In this document: positions 29,230 to 38,592 of the stretch, piece by piece
How positions within the stretch are numbered: the first letter of the stretch is position 1
How the letters are laid out: the number at the start of each line of letters is the position of its first letter
Origin: an uncultured Anaerolineae bacterium
GTDB lineage: Bacteria > Chloroflexota > Anaerolineae > Aggregatilineales > UBA3940
Length of the DNA stretch: 64,000 nt
Direction of reading: 5' to 3'
NCBI GenBank assembly: GCA_964390105.1
Contig: CAYMGV010000004.1
Coordinates: forward strand, 3,951-67,950
Program-made: the position numbers and the translations under genes
The notes under the pieces: model-generated
Databases searched by the model: none
The model's input: the letters and a program-made list of their open reading frames with translations, nothing else
What the model was told of the DNA's origin: nothing

Positions 29230-31662
29230 ATGTTCGATGTTATTTCCGTGGTAGTCGGGGCGGCTGCCGCCGTTATCCTGGCCGGGGTCCTGTTCAGTCA
29301 GCGTGAGCGCATCCAGGCGCTGCGTGAGCGTGCTTCGTCACAGGTCACCGAGACACGCACCAAACTATCCCGCAACATGGAAGCCCGCTACCGCGACGCC
29401 GTGATTGGGCTTGCCAACGGCGCTCACCTGGCCGGGCACCTGGTTGAACTGGAACGAATCGCAGTCCTGCCCCGATTCTTCACCCTGCCAGCCCCGTTTG
29501 ACCCCTCCGATGAAGACCCGGAGGGGCATGATAACCCGCTCAATATTATCCCGAAGAACCCCGATTGGCCGCAGGTACTGGCACCGTACCGCCTGCCCGG
29601 TGTGACGTTGGCAGACCTGCTGCGCAGTACCAACCAGATCGCGCTGCTGGGACTGCCCGGCAGCGGGCGCACGACCACCCTCAACCTGATCGGTATTCTG
29701 CTGGCACGTCAGACTGCCCAGGGACAGGCGGGCAGCCTGCTTGACGAACCGCGTATGCCTGTGCTGGCGCACCTCGGTGATATTGACCTGGGCCGCGAAA
29801 CCTGGGGCGATGAGATCGATATCCTTGAGCCGCTGCTGGCCGCCGCGCGTGAAAGTCTGCCAGCGGCCACGCGGGCACTTGCCGTCATTCGTGGCGATAT
29901 CGCTGCCGGCGATGCGGTGCTGCTCATTGATGGATGGGAGGAACTCCCAACTATCCAGCAGCGGCGCGTCATCAGTTGGCTGCAAGCGCTCAATGAACAG
30001 TATCCCGGTAACATCATCGTGATGACCGGCCCCGCCCGCGGATACGGCCCCTTGATCACCACGTTGGGCTTTACCCCTATCGTGATGATGCCATGGCACC
30101 ATGACGAATACCGCGAACTGGCCCAGCACTGGGCCGCTGTGTGGTCAGAGATCGGCGACGGAGACACGCAGCGAGGGAACCTCGATGACGCCGTGACGGC
30201 CCTGCGCAGCCGCTCACCATTCGAGGCAACGCTCAAGGTGTGGGCCAGCTATGCCGGGGATACCGTCACCAACTCCCCCACGGACTGGCTCGACTCCTAC
30301 CTATCCCGGGTCAACCCTGAACCCGATCTCCAGGTCGCGCTGGAGCAGGTCGCACGCGAGATGGTCGAGAAACCCCAGGATTTCGGGGCAGCAGTCGATG
30401 AGATAACCGCGCAGATCGATCTGATCCGGGCAAGTATGGCAGCCGACACCACCAATGCGATTGATTATGTGTATAACATCGCGCACCGAACCCGCCTGAT
30501 GCGCGAGCATTACAGCAACCGCATCGCTTTCCGCCATCCGCTGATCATGGCCTATCTCGCCGCACGCGCTGTGAGGCGTGACGAAACCCCGGCTCGCTAC
30601 TTGCTTGAACGCCGTACACCCATCACGGATTCCACGCTGGCCTATCTCAGTATGCTTGGTGATATCGCCCCCTATGTCAACATGGCCCTTGAAGACGGAC
30701 CCTCGCTGTCACATGATGACCTGTTCCAGATAGCATACTGGGCCAGCGATTCTGACCCACAAGCAGCTTGGCGCGGGGCATGGTTCAAGCAGATGGCAGG
30801 GGTACTGCTTGGCCCCAGGCAATACCCCGACGCGCGTGAACGTGCGCTTTCGGCACTGCTGGCCGCCCGCGACCGCAACGTGGCGTTTATCTTCAAGCAG
30901 GGCCTCAAGAGCCAGGAACCATTCGTGCGGCTTCTCAGCGCGCTGGGGATTGGCGCACTGGGCGACCCGGAAGACGTGGTGCTGCTGGGCGAGGTTCAAC
31001 AGGATGAGAACCCCGGCGTTGAGATGGCCGCCGTACTGGCACTTGGTGCTATCGGTACAAAGGCCGCGGTGAACTTCATGCTTGAAACTCTGCTGCGCAG
31101 CACCGATATGCCACGCCGTGCCGTTGCTGAGATGCTGGCGGCCAACATCGCGGGCGAGGGGCATGATATCTTGAAAGAAGCGCTTGAGGAGGAAGACCCG
31201 CTCACCCGACGCGCTGCCGTCTATGGCCTCGACCGGCTCGATGATGATTGGGTTATTGAGAAGCTCGGTGAGGTTGAGCGGCTCGACAGCCAATGGCTGG
31301 TACGTGATGCCGCCGCCGCATCAATTGAACGCCGCCGTCACCGTGAGGTGCAGTCTATCCACAGGCCACTGAAGCCTATCGAGATTGCATGGTTAAGCCG
31401 TTGGCTCGAAGCACGTGAACAGCTGCCAGAAGACGGTGAGCGTGGTATCACCCAGTTGATGCAGATGCTGCAGGCCGAGGACGATGCCCTCAAGCTGGGT
31501 GCCATTGAGGCACTCGGTGACCTGGGTGCCCCGTCTGCGATTGCGCCCTTATACAACCTGCTCAACCATCCTCATCCTGATATCCGTGACGCCGCGCACC
31601 GTGCCCTGACCAAGATCAGTGTGATGAACAACAGCCCCCTGCCCCAGCCTGCCATTGCCTGA
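29230..31662 (+). CDS. Membrane-anchored NACHT-like NTPase with C-terminal HEAT repeats
   Basis: N-terminal TM, GLPGSGRTT P-loop, LLIDGWEE Walker B, FRHPLIMAYLAA winged-helix motif, repeated VR..A..ALG HEAT units; GGAGG RBS. Confidence 0.82.
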   Translation: MFDVISVVVGAAAAVILAGVLFSQRERIQALRERASSQVTETRTKLSRNMEARYRDAVIGLANGAHLAGHLVELERIAVLPRFFTLPAPFDPSDEDPEGHDNPLNIIPKNPDWPQVLAPYRLPGVTLADLLRSTNQIALLGLPGSGRTTTLNLIGILLARQTAQGQAGSLLDEPRMPVLAHLGDIDLGRETWGDEIDILEPLLAAARESLPAATRALAVIRGDIAAGDAVLLIDGWEELPTIQQRRVISWLQALNEQYPGNIIVMTGPARGYGPLITTLGFTPIVMMPWHHDEYRELAQHWAAVWSEIGDGDTQRGNLDDAVTALRSRSPFEATLKVWASYAGDTVTNSPTDWLDSYLSRVNPEPDLQVALEQVAREMVEKPQDFGAAVDEITAQIDLIRASMAADTTNAIDYVYNIAHRTRLMREHYSNRIAFRHPLIMAYLAARAVRRDETPARYLLERRTPITDSTLAYLSMLGDIAPYVNMALEDGPSLSHDDLFQIAYWASDSDPQAAWRGAWFKQMAGVLLGPRQYPDARERALSALLAARDRNVAFIFKQGLKSQEPFVRLLSALGIGALGDPEDVVLLGEVQQDENPGVEMAAVLALGAIGTKAAVNFMLETLLRSTDMPRRAVAEMLAANIAGEGHDILKEALEEEDPLTRRAAVYGLDRLDDDWVIEKLGEVERLDSQWLVRDAAAASIERRRHREVQSIHRPLKPIEIAWLSRWLEAREQLPEDGERGITQLMQMLQAEDDALKLGAIEALGDLGAPSAIAPLYNLLNHPHPDIRDAAHRALTKISVMNNSPLPQPAIA

Positions 31663-31730
31663 AGTGTGGACTCACCGCCAGGCCGCCGCTATGCCCTGGG
31701 TATCAACTGAAAAGCAAAAGGAGCATCAAG

Positions 31731-32192
31731 ATGAGCCGCCTGGCAGCCGGTACCCCGGCACCCGATTTCACACTCCCCAGCGACACAGGCGAAACGGTCA
31801 GCCTGAGTGACTACAGGGGCAAGAAAGTCATCCTGTATTTCTACCCTAAGGATGACACCAGTGGATGCACCACGCAGGCCTGCGGGTTCCGTGACGAGTA
31901 TCCCGTGATCAAGGAGAAGAATGCCGTGGTGCTGGGCATCAGCCCCGATGACGTGGCAAGCCATCGTCAATTCAGAACCAAGCATGATCTCCCGTTCACG
32001 CTTCTAGTCGATGCCGATCACGCTGTTGCGGCAGCCTACGGTGCCTGGGGCGAAAAGTCGATGTATGGTCGCAAATACATGGGCATTATCCGCAGCCATT
32101 TTATTATCAATGAAGACGGCATCATACAGGATGCGCAGGTAAAAATCAGCCCCAGCGACAGTGTCAGCAAAGCGCTTAAGAGCATTGGGTAA
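31731..32192 (+). CDS. bcp: Thioredoxin-dependent peroxiredoxin Bcp/PrxQ
   Basis: LYFYPKDDTSGCTTQACGFRD; AAGGAG RBS. Confidence 0.95.
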   Translation: MSRLAAGTPAPDFTLPSDTGETVSLSDYRGKKVILYFYPKDDTSGCTTQACGFRDEYPVIKEKNAVVLGISPDDVASHRQFRTKHDLPFTLLVDADHAVAAAYGAWGEKSMYGRKYMGIIRSHFIINEDGIIQDAQVKISPSDSVSKALKSIG

Positions 32193-32205
32193 ATGCCTTA
32201 CAAAT

Positions 32206-32376
32206 CAGGACTTACGCAGTAGGGGGTTGATGCATCAACCCCCTACTGCACCATTGTGTTTTCAATAGCAAAGCCTCGGCAGAAGTTGATTGCCCCCTTT
32301 TGCCAGGTGCTTGCACCCGCGGGGGCGTAAAATCCGAGCCTGCGAGGATTTGGGGGTGTCATCTGCGTAAGTTCTA
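32206..32376. mobile_element. MITE-like non-coding element (~171 bp)
   Basis: 13-bp terminal inverted repeats AGGACTTACGCAG (32207-32219) and CTGCGTAAGTTCT (32363-32375), one mismatch; flanked by AAAT on both sides. Confidence 0.7.
32216..32249. repeat. Perfect 34-bp palindrome, GTAG-type REP-like
   Basis: GCAGTAGGGGGTTGATG|CATCAACCCCCTACTGC. Confidence 0.8.
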
Positions 32377-32414
32377 AAATAAAAACGGCCCCCGTCGGGG
32401 GGCCGTTTTTATTT
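32377..32414. terminator. Bidirectional intrinsic terminator
   Basis: AAATAAAAACGGCCCCC / GGGGGCCGTTTTTATTT between convergent genes. Confidence 0.85.
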
Positions 32415-32429
32415 GTGTTGATGTGAGCC

Positions 32430-33185
32430 TTACTCGAATGACGTTACACACCGCAGAAAGTGATCGTAGCTGGTATGGTACTCGACTTCCTCTCCAGCGT
32501 AGCGCAGCACGATCCGGTAGCCGCTGGTCGGCGTATTGATCACTTCACCATCATCGGCATCTTCACAGCCCAGCCGGGAATCTGACCATTCTGCAGGTTC
32601 TGACGTAATCAGTTCGATATCTTCGAGGGCGACTTCTTCAGCCTGGGCGAGATCAAAGCGCACCTGCCGAATGAACTCCGTCACGATAGGATCATAAATC
32701 TCCGAGGCCCCGATGGCGTTCTCACCACTAAAACAAACAAGCGCATTCCCCGCATCGCTCACATGCACGCGGTATTCCAGCGCATCAAGCAACGCGGTGA
32801 CAAGATAACCGGTGACCGGGGTATCCACAATGGCCTGGCCGGGCTGCGGGCACCCCATGCTGCTATCAGGCCATTGCACCGCGATCACGTCAACCACCTG
32901 GATCGATTCAGCCGGGATGCCGGTGGCAGCTTCCAACTCCTGCAACGCGATTAAGGCAGGCTCAGTCCCCAGCAGGCCCAGTGATGGTGTAACGGTCTGA
33001 ATCTGATCCGGGGAGATCGGGCTGGCATTGGCAGCAGGCGCGCCCTCAACAACGACCCCCTGCCCGGAACCGGGTGCATCGGTAGTCGGAGTCAAATTGT
33101 CAGCCGTTGGCGAGGAACTGCAAGCCGTTAGCATCAATGCAGTAAATACCACGGCCAGGATAGAGCGCCCGGTCACCAGGATCAT
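32430..33185 (-). CDS. Lipoprotein of unknown function with two WxDSxxGC repeat domains
   Basis: Lipobox LTAC; repeats WPDSSMGC..GY..EYRVH and WSDSRLGC..GY..EYHT. Confidence 0.8.
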   Translation of the reverse strand: MILVTGRSILAVVFTALMLTACSSSPTADNLTPTTDAPGSGQGVVVEGAPAANASPISPDQIQTVTPSLGLLGTEPALIALQELEAATGIPAESIQVVDVIAVQWPDSSMGCPQPGQAIVDTPVTGYLVTALLDALEYRVHVSDAGNALVCFSGENAIGASEIYDPIVTEFIRQVRFDLAQAEEVALEDIELITSEPAEWSDSRLGCEDADDGEVINTPTSGYRIVLRYAGEEVEYHTSYDHFLRCVTSFE

Positions 33186-33191
33186 CGAGGG

Positions 33192-33533
33192 CTAGTCATC
33201 GTCATCGTCGCCAACGATACCAGGAACGACGGCATGTACTTTTTTCTCCACCTCATCGGCACGGATGTTGTACACGCTGATCAGCTTCTTGCGGCCATCC
33301 GCCCCGGCGACGATCTCGACATCATCCTTACCAATTCCGAAGAACGTTGAGAGAAAATCGACTAGTTCGGCGTTGGCCTGCCCATCAACAGGCGGGGACA
33401 TCAGCCGAATCTTAATGGTGCCATCGGCCTGCACCCCAATGATCTCGGTTTTGTTGGCTTTCGGCACGATCTTGACGGTAAATGCGGCACCGGAGCGCGC
33501 ATCAGTGATATTGAGTTCTTCGCGGTCGCGCAT
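33192..33533 (-). CDS. yggU: DUF167/YggU family protein
   Basis: VKIVPKA..IKIRLMSPPVDGQANAELV..VEIVAG..RKK. Confidence 0.88.
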   Translation of the reverse strand: MRDREELNITDARSGAAFTVKIVPKANKTEIIGVQADGTIKIRLMSPPVDGQANAELVDFLSTFFGIGKDDVEIVAGADGRKKLISVYNIRADEVEKKVHAVVPGIVGDDDDD

Positions 33534-33648
33534 CGGGGAATCTCCGATTTTCAGGGAATAAGAACGACAACTACAAAATAGATACCCCTAATAATAACAG
33601 AAAGCCCATGTTCACAATAATACACGGGCCTTACAAATTGGCGCTGTG

Positions 33649-33906
33649 CTACATAAACAGAAACGACCGCAAAACCTGCTGCAAAACAATGATAAGCAGA
33701 AACGCGATCATAGGGCTGAAATCGACCATGCCAGTCTGTGGCATGAAGGAGCGGATCGGGGCCAGGATCGGCTCGGTCAGATCATAGAGTATCTGCGCGA
33801 TCTGGCTGCTTGGGTCAACGTTCAACCACGACATCAGCACGCGGGCCAGCAGTACAAATGAGTACAGGTTCAACAGCGTCACTAATACACGAATCAAAGC
33901 ATCCAC
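33649..33906 (-). CDS. yggT: YggT family membrane protein
   Basis: ARVLMSW, LTEPILAPIR, VDFSPMIA. Confidence 0.93.
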   Translation of the reverse strand: MDALIRVLVTLLNLYSFVLLARVLMSWLNVDPSSQIAQILYDLTEPILAPIRSFMPQTGMVDFSPMIAFLLIIVLQQVLRSFLFM

Positions 33907-33935
33907 GTCAGTTTCTCCAGAAAGACAGATTAAGG

Positions 33936-34664
33936 TTAGGTATAGGTGCGTGCGCCAAACAGGGCACTGCCCACCCGGATGATCGTCGCCCCTTCTTCAA
34001 TCGCGATCTCAAAGTCACCGCTCATCCCCATCGAGAGTTCAGGCAGGCCAATGCCGGGAATGCGTGCTTCGAGTGTATCCCGTACCATCCGTAAATCCCG
34101 GAACGCTTGACGGATCACAGCTTCCTCGGCCATGTACGGGGCCATCGTCATCAGGCCGCACACTCGCACCGCTGGCAGGTTAAGCATTTGATGCAGGTCA
34201 GCCTCGATGAGGTCCAACGCATCAGCGTCATACCCGTGTTTCGATTGCTCACCACTGGTGTTGACTTCGATCAACAAATCGAGCCGGCGATCAAGCTCAG
34301 CGGCTCGATCACTGATACGCCGTGCGATCTTGAACCGATCCACCGAATGAGCAACCCCGAAATGCTCGGCAACCGAGGCCGTTTTGCGGCTCTGTATTGA
34401 TCCGATCATATGCCATGTCATGCCGGGTAAGTGTGCAATCGCTGTACCAGCGATCTTGCCCTCGAATTCTTCTACGCGGTTTTCACCAAAATGTCGCAGC
34501 CCGGCTTCATACGCCGCTTCGATACAGGCCGGGGGAAATGTCTTGGTAACCGCAACCAGCGTCACGGTATCTGGCGAACGACCAGCCCTTGCTGCGGCCT
34601 GAGCCATGCGCGCCTGGACATCCTCAATGTTGGTACGGATATCAGCGGCAGTCAGAACGCTCAT
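33936..34664 (-). CDS. yggS: PLP homeostasis protein YggS/PLPBP
   Basis: [45 protein letters not shown]. Confidence 0.96.
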   Translation of the reverse strand: MSVLTAADIRTNIEDVQARMAQAAARAGRSPDTVTLVAVTKTFPPACIEAAYEAGLRHFGENRVEEFEGKIAGTAIAHLPGMTWHMIGSIQSRKTASVAEHFGVAHSVDRFKIARRISDRAAELDRRLDLLIEVNTSGEQSKHGYDADALDLIEADLHQMLNLPAVRVCGLMTMAPYMAEEAVIRQAFRDLRMVRDTLEARIPGIGLPELSMGMSGDFEIAIEEGATIIRVGSALFGARTYT

Positions 34665-35467
34665 GCGTCATTCCCCGGTATCACAGCCAGCATGCCAAAT
34701 CGACCGGTCTTCCCATTTTCCGCCCGGTGCGAAAACCATTCATTGACGTGTTCAGCCGTACACATCGCGGCTATCTCAACCGACTCGACACCCGCAGCCT
34801 GAAGCAGGTGTCGGTTAGCGCTCCAAAGGTCCAGGTAGCCATGCCCCTCACGAGCAGAGGGGCGAACAAGACGTCCGGCATCATCACCAAATGTATTCAC
34901 AACCTGCTCTATCACCTCCGGGCCAACTTCGTAGCTGCCAGGCCCAATTGATGGCCCTACCCCGGCAAGAATATCGCCCGGATTGCAGCCAAACGCATCA
35001 CGCATCGTCTCAACGGCTGCCGGGCCGACCCCGGCCAGCGTGCCACGCCAGCCCGCATGAGCCATCGCCAGCACGCGCTGAACCGGGTCATACAGCAGCA
35101 GCGGGACACAGTCCGCAAAACGCATCGCCAGCGGGACCCCGGCATCTGCTGTGATAATGGCATCGGCGCGGGGCGGCGGATACGGCTGCTCCTGCCCATG
35201 ACGGACGATCACGACATCGGCGCTGTGTACCTGCCATGTCGTACGGACATCCTCATCCCGCACGCCAAGCGCCTGTGCCATACGCTGACGGTTGGCCTGA
35301 ACGGCTTGCAGGTCATCCCCAACGGTGGCACCCACGTTTAACGATGCAAAAGGCGGATTGCTGGCACCACCGGCACGGGTGAACACCCCGTGTGATACGC
35401 CGCCCGCCTCATTGATCAATTTAAACTGATAATAAACAAGACTGCCTGAAGTTTGACGAATCATCAT
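34661..35467 (-). CDS. pgeF: PgeF/YfiH family purine nucleoside phosphorylase-like (laccase-domain) protein
   Basis: FTRAGG, QVHS, ADCVP, HAGWRG, GPSIG, FSHR..GR. Confidence 0.94.
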   Translation of the reverse strand: MMIRQTSGSLVYYQFKLINEAGGVSHGVFTRAGGASNPPFASLNVGATVGDDLQAVQANRQRMAQALGVRDEDVRTTWQVHSADVVIVRHGQEQPYPPPRADAIITADAGVPLAMRFADCVPLLLYDPVQRVLAMAHAGWRGTLAGVGPAAVETMRDAFGCNPGDILAGVGPSIGPGSYEVGPEVIEQVVNTFGDDAGRLVRPSAREGHGYLDLWSANRHLLQAAGVESVEIAAMCTAEHVNEWFSHRAENGKTGRFGMLAVIPGNDA

Positions 35468-35562
35468 GTCCAAAGTCTATCGAATCGGGCGGCCCTGTAC
35501 CACATGACTTGTAAGATCGCCACGGCACATATACAATGCGCTACAGGCGGGGTAGTAACATC

Positions 35563-37344
35563 GTGAACAAACATCAGAAACCCACATCAGCCGATACCAT
35601 CGGACGTCTAAAGCGGGAGAATCAGGAACTCCGTTTTCTTTTTGATTCCGCCACCGCTATCGGATCCTCGCTCGATCAGGGGCAGGTGATCACCGCCATC
35701 ATGCGGCAGTTGATGATGGCGGTCAATGCCGAACGCTGCCGGTTGCTGCGTTACAACCAGGACGAGGACAGTCTCTATCCCCTTGCAGAGTTCCAGCAAA
35801 TCATCGAAGCGGAACAGCAGGGCACCTCAATGAGCCTCGATAAAGTCCCCCCACACCACCGGGCGCTCATGGCTGGACGCCCCTTGATCAGCCACAGAAC
35901 GCTTGACAACCCAACCATTGAACTATTCCCCGGATCACCGCAGCCGGCCAGCCGCGTCCTGATTGTTCCGTTGCAGATTGAGGGTGACCTCGTTGGAACC
36001 GCAGAAATTGTCAGCGCCAGCGAAGCCCCCACGGAATCCCTCGGTGATATGAACCGTGTCATGAAACTGGCATTGGATATCGCACACTTTATCGACACCG
36101 CATCCTCGGATTCCTCGGATCAACTGATTGACTACATGCGACGCATGGCCCTTTCAGCGGGCGGGGATACTTGCTCGGTCTTTAAGCTCGATGAGACCGG
36201 AACGATCATCACCCGGCTGGGCAGTTATGGCCGGATGATCTGGTCGAATGTGACTGAGGGCACCACAGTTGGGGAGGAATCTGCGCGGTCAGTGGTACTA
36301 AAAGAACACCGCATCGCCGTATTGACTCCGGACTCTGAAGAACTGAGTGATAACGAACACCAGTCTTTGCTGAGTGATTTGAGTAAGTCGATGCTGCTGG
36401 TCCCACTGGTTGTCCAGCACCGCACCGTCGGATTGGCGGAGCTGCACCATACGCACACCAGCCACACATACGATGACCATAAACTGAAGCTTATCCAGGC
36501 GTTGGTTGCACAGGCCGCGATCTCGCTGGAGAACGCTCGTCTTTTTGAGAGCCTGAATCAAAGCTTAAATGACCTCAAACAGACGCAGGCGCAGTTGATC
36601 CGCGCGGCTCGATTCTCTGCCCTGGGTGAGATGGCTGCCATGATCGCTCATCAGGTCAATAATCCGCTGACAACCATGCTTGCTGATGCCGAAATGCTAA
36701 CACAGGACCTTGAACCAGGCAGTCTACAGCACCAATCCGCTGAGGCGATCCTGAAAGCCAGCCGACGAGCCAGCACGATCATTCAGCGTGTCCTGAGCAT
36801 GTCTCGCGGTTCTGAGTCGCCGCGCCCGGTAGACATCCATGAAACGATTGACAACGCGGTAGAACTCTCAAAAAGTCATGGTGAGCGCTACGGCGTGGCC
36901 CTTTCGATCTCCGCGCCGGATGAAGACCTGCGCACGATTGCTATCCCCGGCCAGCTTGAAGATGTTTGGCTCAACCTGATCATGAATGCTGTCGATGCGT
37001 TCCGGGCAGCCAATCAGCAGGATGGCCTGATCACGATCCGGATCACACATCCTGCACCAGGAGGGACGATTCAGGTCAGGTTCCAGGATAATGGCCCCGG
37101 TATCAGTGAGGTCGAACTCTCCTCGCTGTTTGACCCGCTCTTTACGACAAAGCCACCAGGCGAAGGCACCGGGCTTGGGCTGTATATCTGCCAGCAAATC
37201 ATCACCAATCACCAGGGAACGATTCATATCGGCAGCAATCGAGGCGAAGGCACAACCGCCCTTGTGACCCTTCCTATCCACCATGCCCCACCCCCGATTG
37301 ATGAAGATGAGGATGCAGAAGATGACAAAAATACTAGTGGTTGA
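35563..37344 (+). CDS. Cytoplasmic GAF-domain sensor histidine kinase
   Basis: GAF-like segments (VPL..VG..AAISLENARL), H-box IAHQVNNPL, NLIMNA, DNGPGI, FTTK..GTGLGL. Confidence 0.92.
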   Translation: MNKHQKPTSADTIGRLKRENQELRFLFDSATAIGSSLDQGQVITAIMRQLMMAVNAERCRLLRYNQDEDSLYPLAEFQQIIEAEQQGTSMSLDKVPPHHRALMAGRPLISHRTLDNPTIELFPGSPQPASRVLIVPLQIEGDLVGTAEIVSASEAPTESLGDMNRVMKLALDIAHFIDTASSDSSDQLIDYMRRMALSAGGDTCSVFKLDETGTIITRLGSYGRMIWSNVTEGTTVGEESARSVVLKEHRIAVLTPDSEELSDNEHQSLLSDLSKSMLLVPLVVQHRTVGLAELHHTHTSHTYDDHKLKLIQALVAQAAISLENARLFESLNQSLNDLKQTQAQLIRAARFSALGEMAAMIAHQVNNPLTTMLADAEMLTQDLEPGSLQHQSAEAILKASRRASTIIQRVLSMSRGSESPRPVDIHETIDNAVELSKSHGERYGVALSISAPDEDLRTIAIPGQLEDVWLNLIMNAVDAFRAANQQDGLITIRITHPAPGGTIQVRFQDNGPGISEVELSSLFDPLFTTKPPGEGTGLGLYICQQIITNHQGTIHIGSNRGEGTTALVTLPIHHAPPPIDEDEDAEDDKNTSG

Positions 37345-38023
37345 CGATGACCCCGAGGTATTGGGGACGGTTTGGCGTGCGCTTAGCCGGGATGGTCATG
37401 AAGTAACGCTGGCCGAATCCGCCAGGCAGGCCCGCCAGCATTTGCGGGAAGATGTCCCCGATCTGATCATTCTTGACGTGATCATGCCCGGTGAAACCGG
37501 CCTGGACCTATGCCGCTCAGTCCGGACCAACACCAGCCTCGAATCCATCCCCATCCTGTTCCTGAGCGCTAAATTCCAGACGGATGAGATCGTGGCGGGC
37601 CTGGATGCGGGGGGCGATGATTACATCACAAAACCCTTTGAGCTAAAGGAACTGCGGGCACGTGTCCGCGCGCTGCTGCGGCGGGTTCCACCGGGTAGTG
37701 GCAACCGCCACATGCTCGATGTGGGGCAGGTCAGGGTGAACACGAATACCCTGCGAGCGCGCACGCCACACGCGCATGATATCCAGCTCACCACAACAGA
37801 GTTTCGTCTGCTGTACTATCTGATGCAAAGCCCCAACGAGGCCAAATCAGTTGAGGTGTTGTTGCAGGATGTGTGGGGATACCCCAGTGATGCAGGGGAC
37901 CCCGACCTTGTGCGCGCACACATCCGCAACCTGCGCAACAAGATCGAGAAGAACAGCCGCAAACCTGAGTACATCCAGACCATTCACGGGGTTGGTTACC
38001 TGTTTAAACTAACCTCGGATTAG
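37322..38023 (+). CDS. OmpR-family response regulator
   Basis: ILVVDDD, LDVIMP, DDYITKPF, winged helix LTTTEFRLL..HIRNLRNKIE..GVGY; overlaps the kinase end. Confidence 0.95.
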   Translation: MTKILVVDDDPEVLGTVWRALSRDGHEVTLAESARQARQHLREDVPDLIILDVIMPGETGLDLCRSVRTNTSLESIPILFLSAKFQTDEIVAGLDAGGDDYITKPFELKELRARVRALLRRVPPGSGNRHMLDVGQVRVNTNTLRARTPHAHDIQLTTTEFRLLYYLMQSPNEAKSVEVLLQDVWGYPSDAGDPDLVRAHIRNLRNKIEKNSRKPEYIQTIHGVGYLFKLTSD

Positions 38024-38544
38024 AGGATGTCCCCGGCTTCATCAAAGTAGACGCTCAATGACAGAAGACCCAAGCGCAGGTTGTCGCCATCATGCAGCGG
38101 ATACCAATCCCCACGATTGATACGGATACCGTTCAGGTAGGTGCCATTGGTGCTGTCCACATCACACACTGAGAGCGCTTCCCCGTAACGACGAATTGCG
38201 GCATGAACGCGGGACACCCCACGATCCCACGCGCCCAGTTCAGTGAGGTTGATAGTCGGCACAACAGTCGTCAAATGATCAACACGGCCAAGTGTGATTT
38301 CTTTCTTATCCTCAATTGAAATCACCACCCTGTCTTCACGGCGGCCAAAATCGAGGATGAGTACCATTTCACTGTGAAAGGTATCTGTACCGGTTGGCTC
38401 CTCCGGTGCAGTTATATTGAGGTCGGACGTTTCCAACTTACGTGTCCCACCCGGTTTGGTGGGCTTATACAGATACTTCCCGCAGTTTGTGCAGAAGATC
38501 GCACTGGTGATGTTGTTGTGGCCACACTGATCGCACAGTTTCAC
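38020..38544 (-). CDS. Zinc-ribbon plus FHA domain protein
   Basis: CDQCG..FCTNCG; LGR, GVSRVHA, DSTNGTYLNG, LHDGD. Confidence 0.92.
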   Translation of the reverse strand: MKLCDQCGHNNITSAIFCTNCGKYLYKPTKPGGTRKLETSDLNITAPEEPTGTDTFHSEMVLILDFGRREDRVVISIEDKKEITLGRVDHLTTVVPTINLTELGAWDRGVSRVHAAIRRYGEALSVCDVDSTNGTYLNGIRINRGDWYPLHDGDNLRLGLLSLSVYFDEAGDIL

Positions 38545-38592
38545 GGATCACTCCCATTCTCCCCCTTTTGGCCGATCGTACCACGCTTTTTA

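Noticed and set aside
3616..33571. Shared 13-mer TAAGAACGACAAC at 3616 and 33559
   Set aside because: Opposite orientation relative to the downstream genes and compatible with chance in 64 kb
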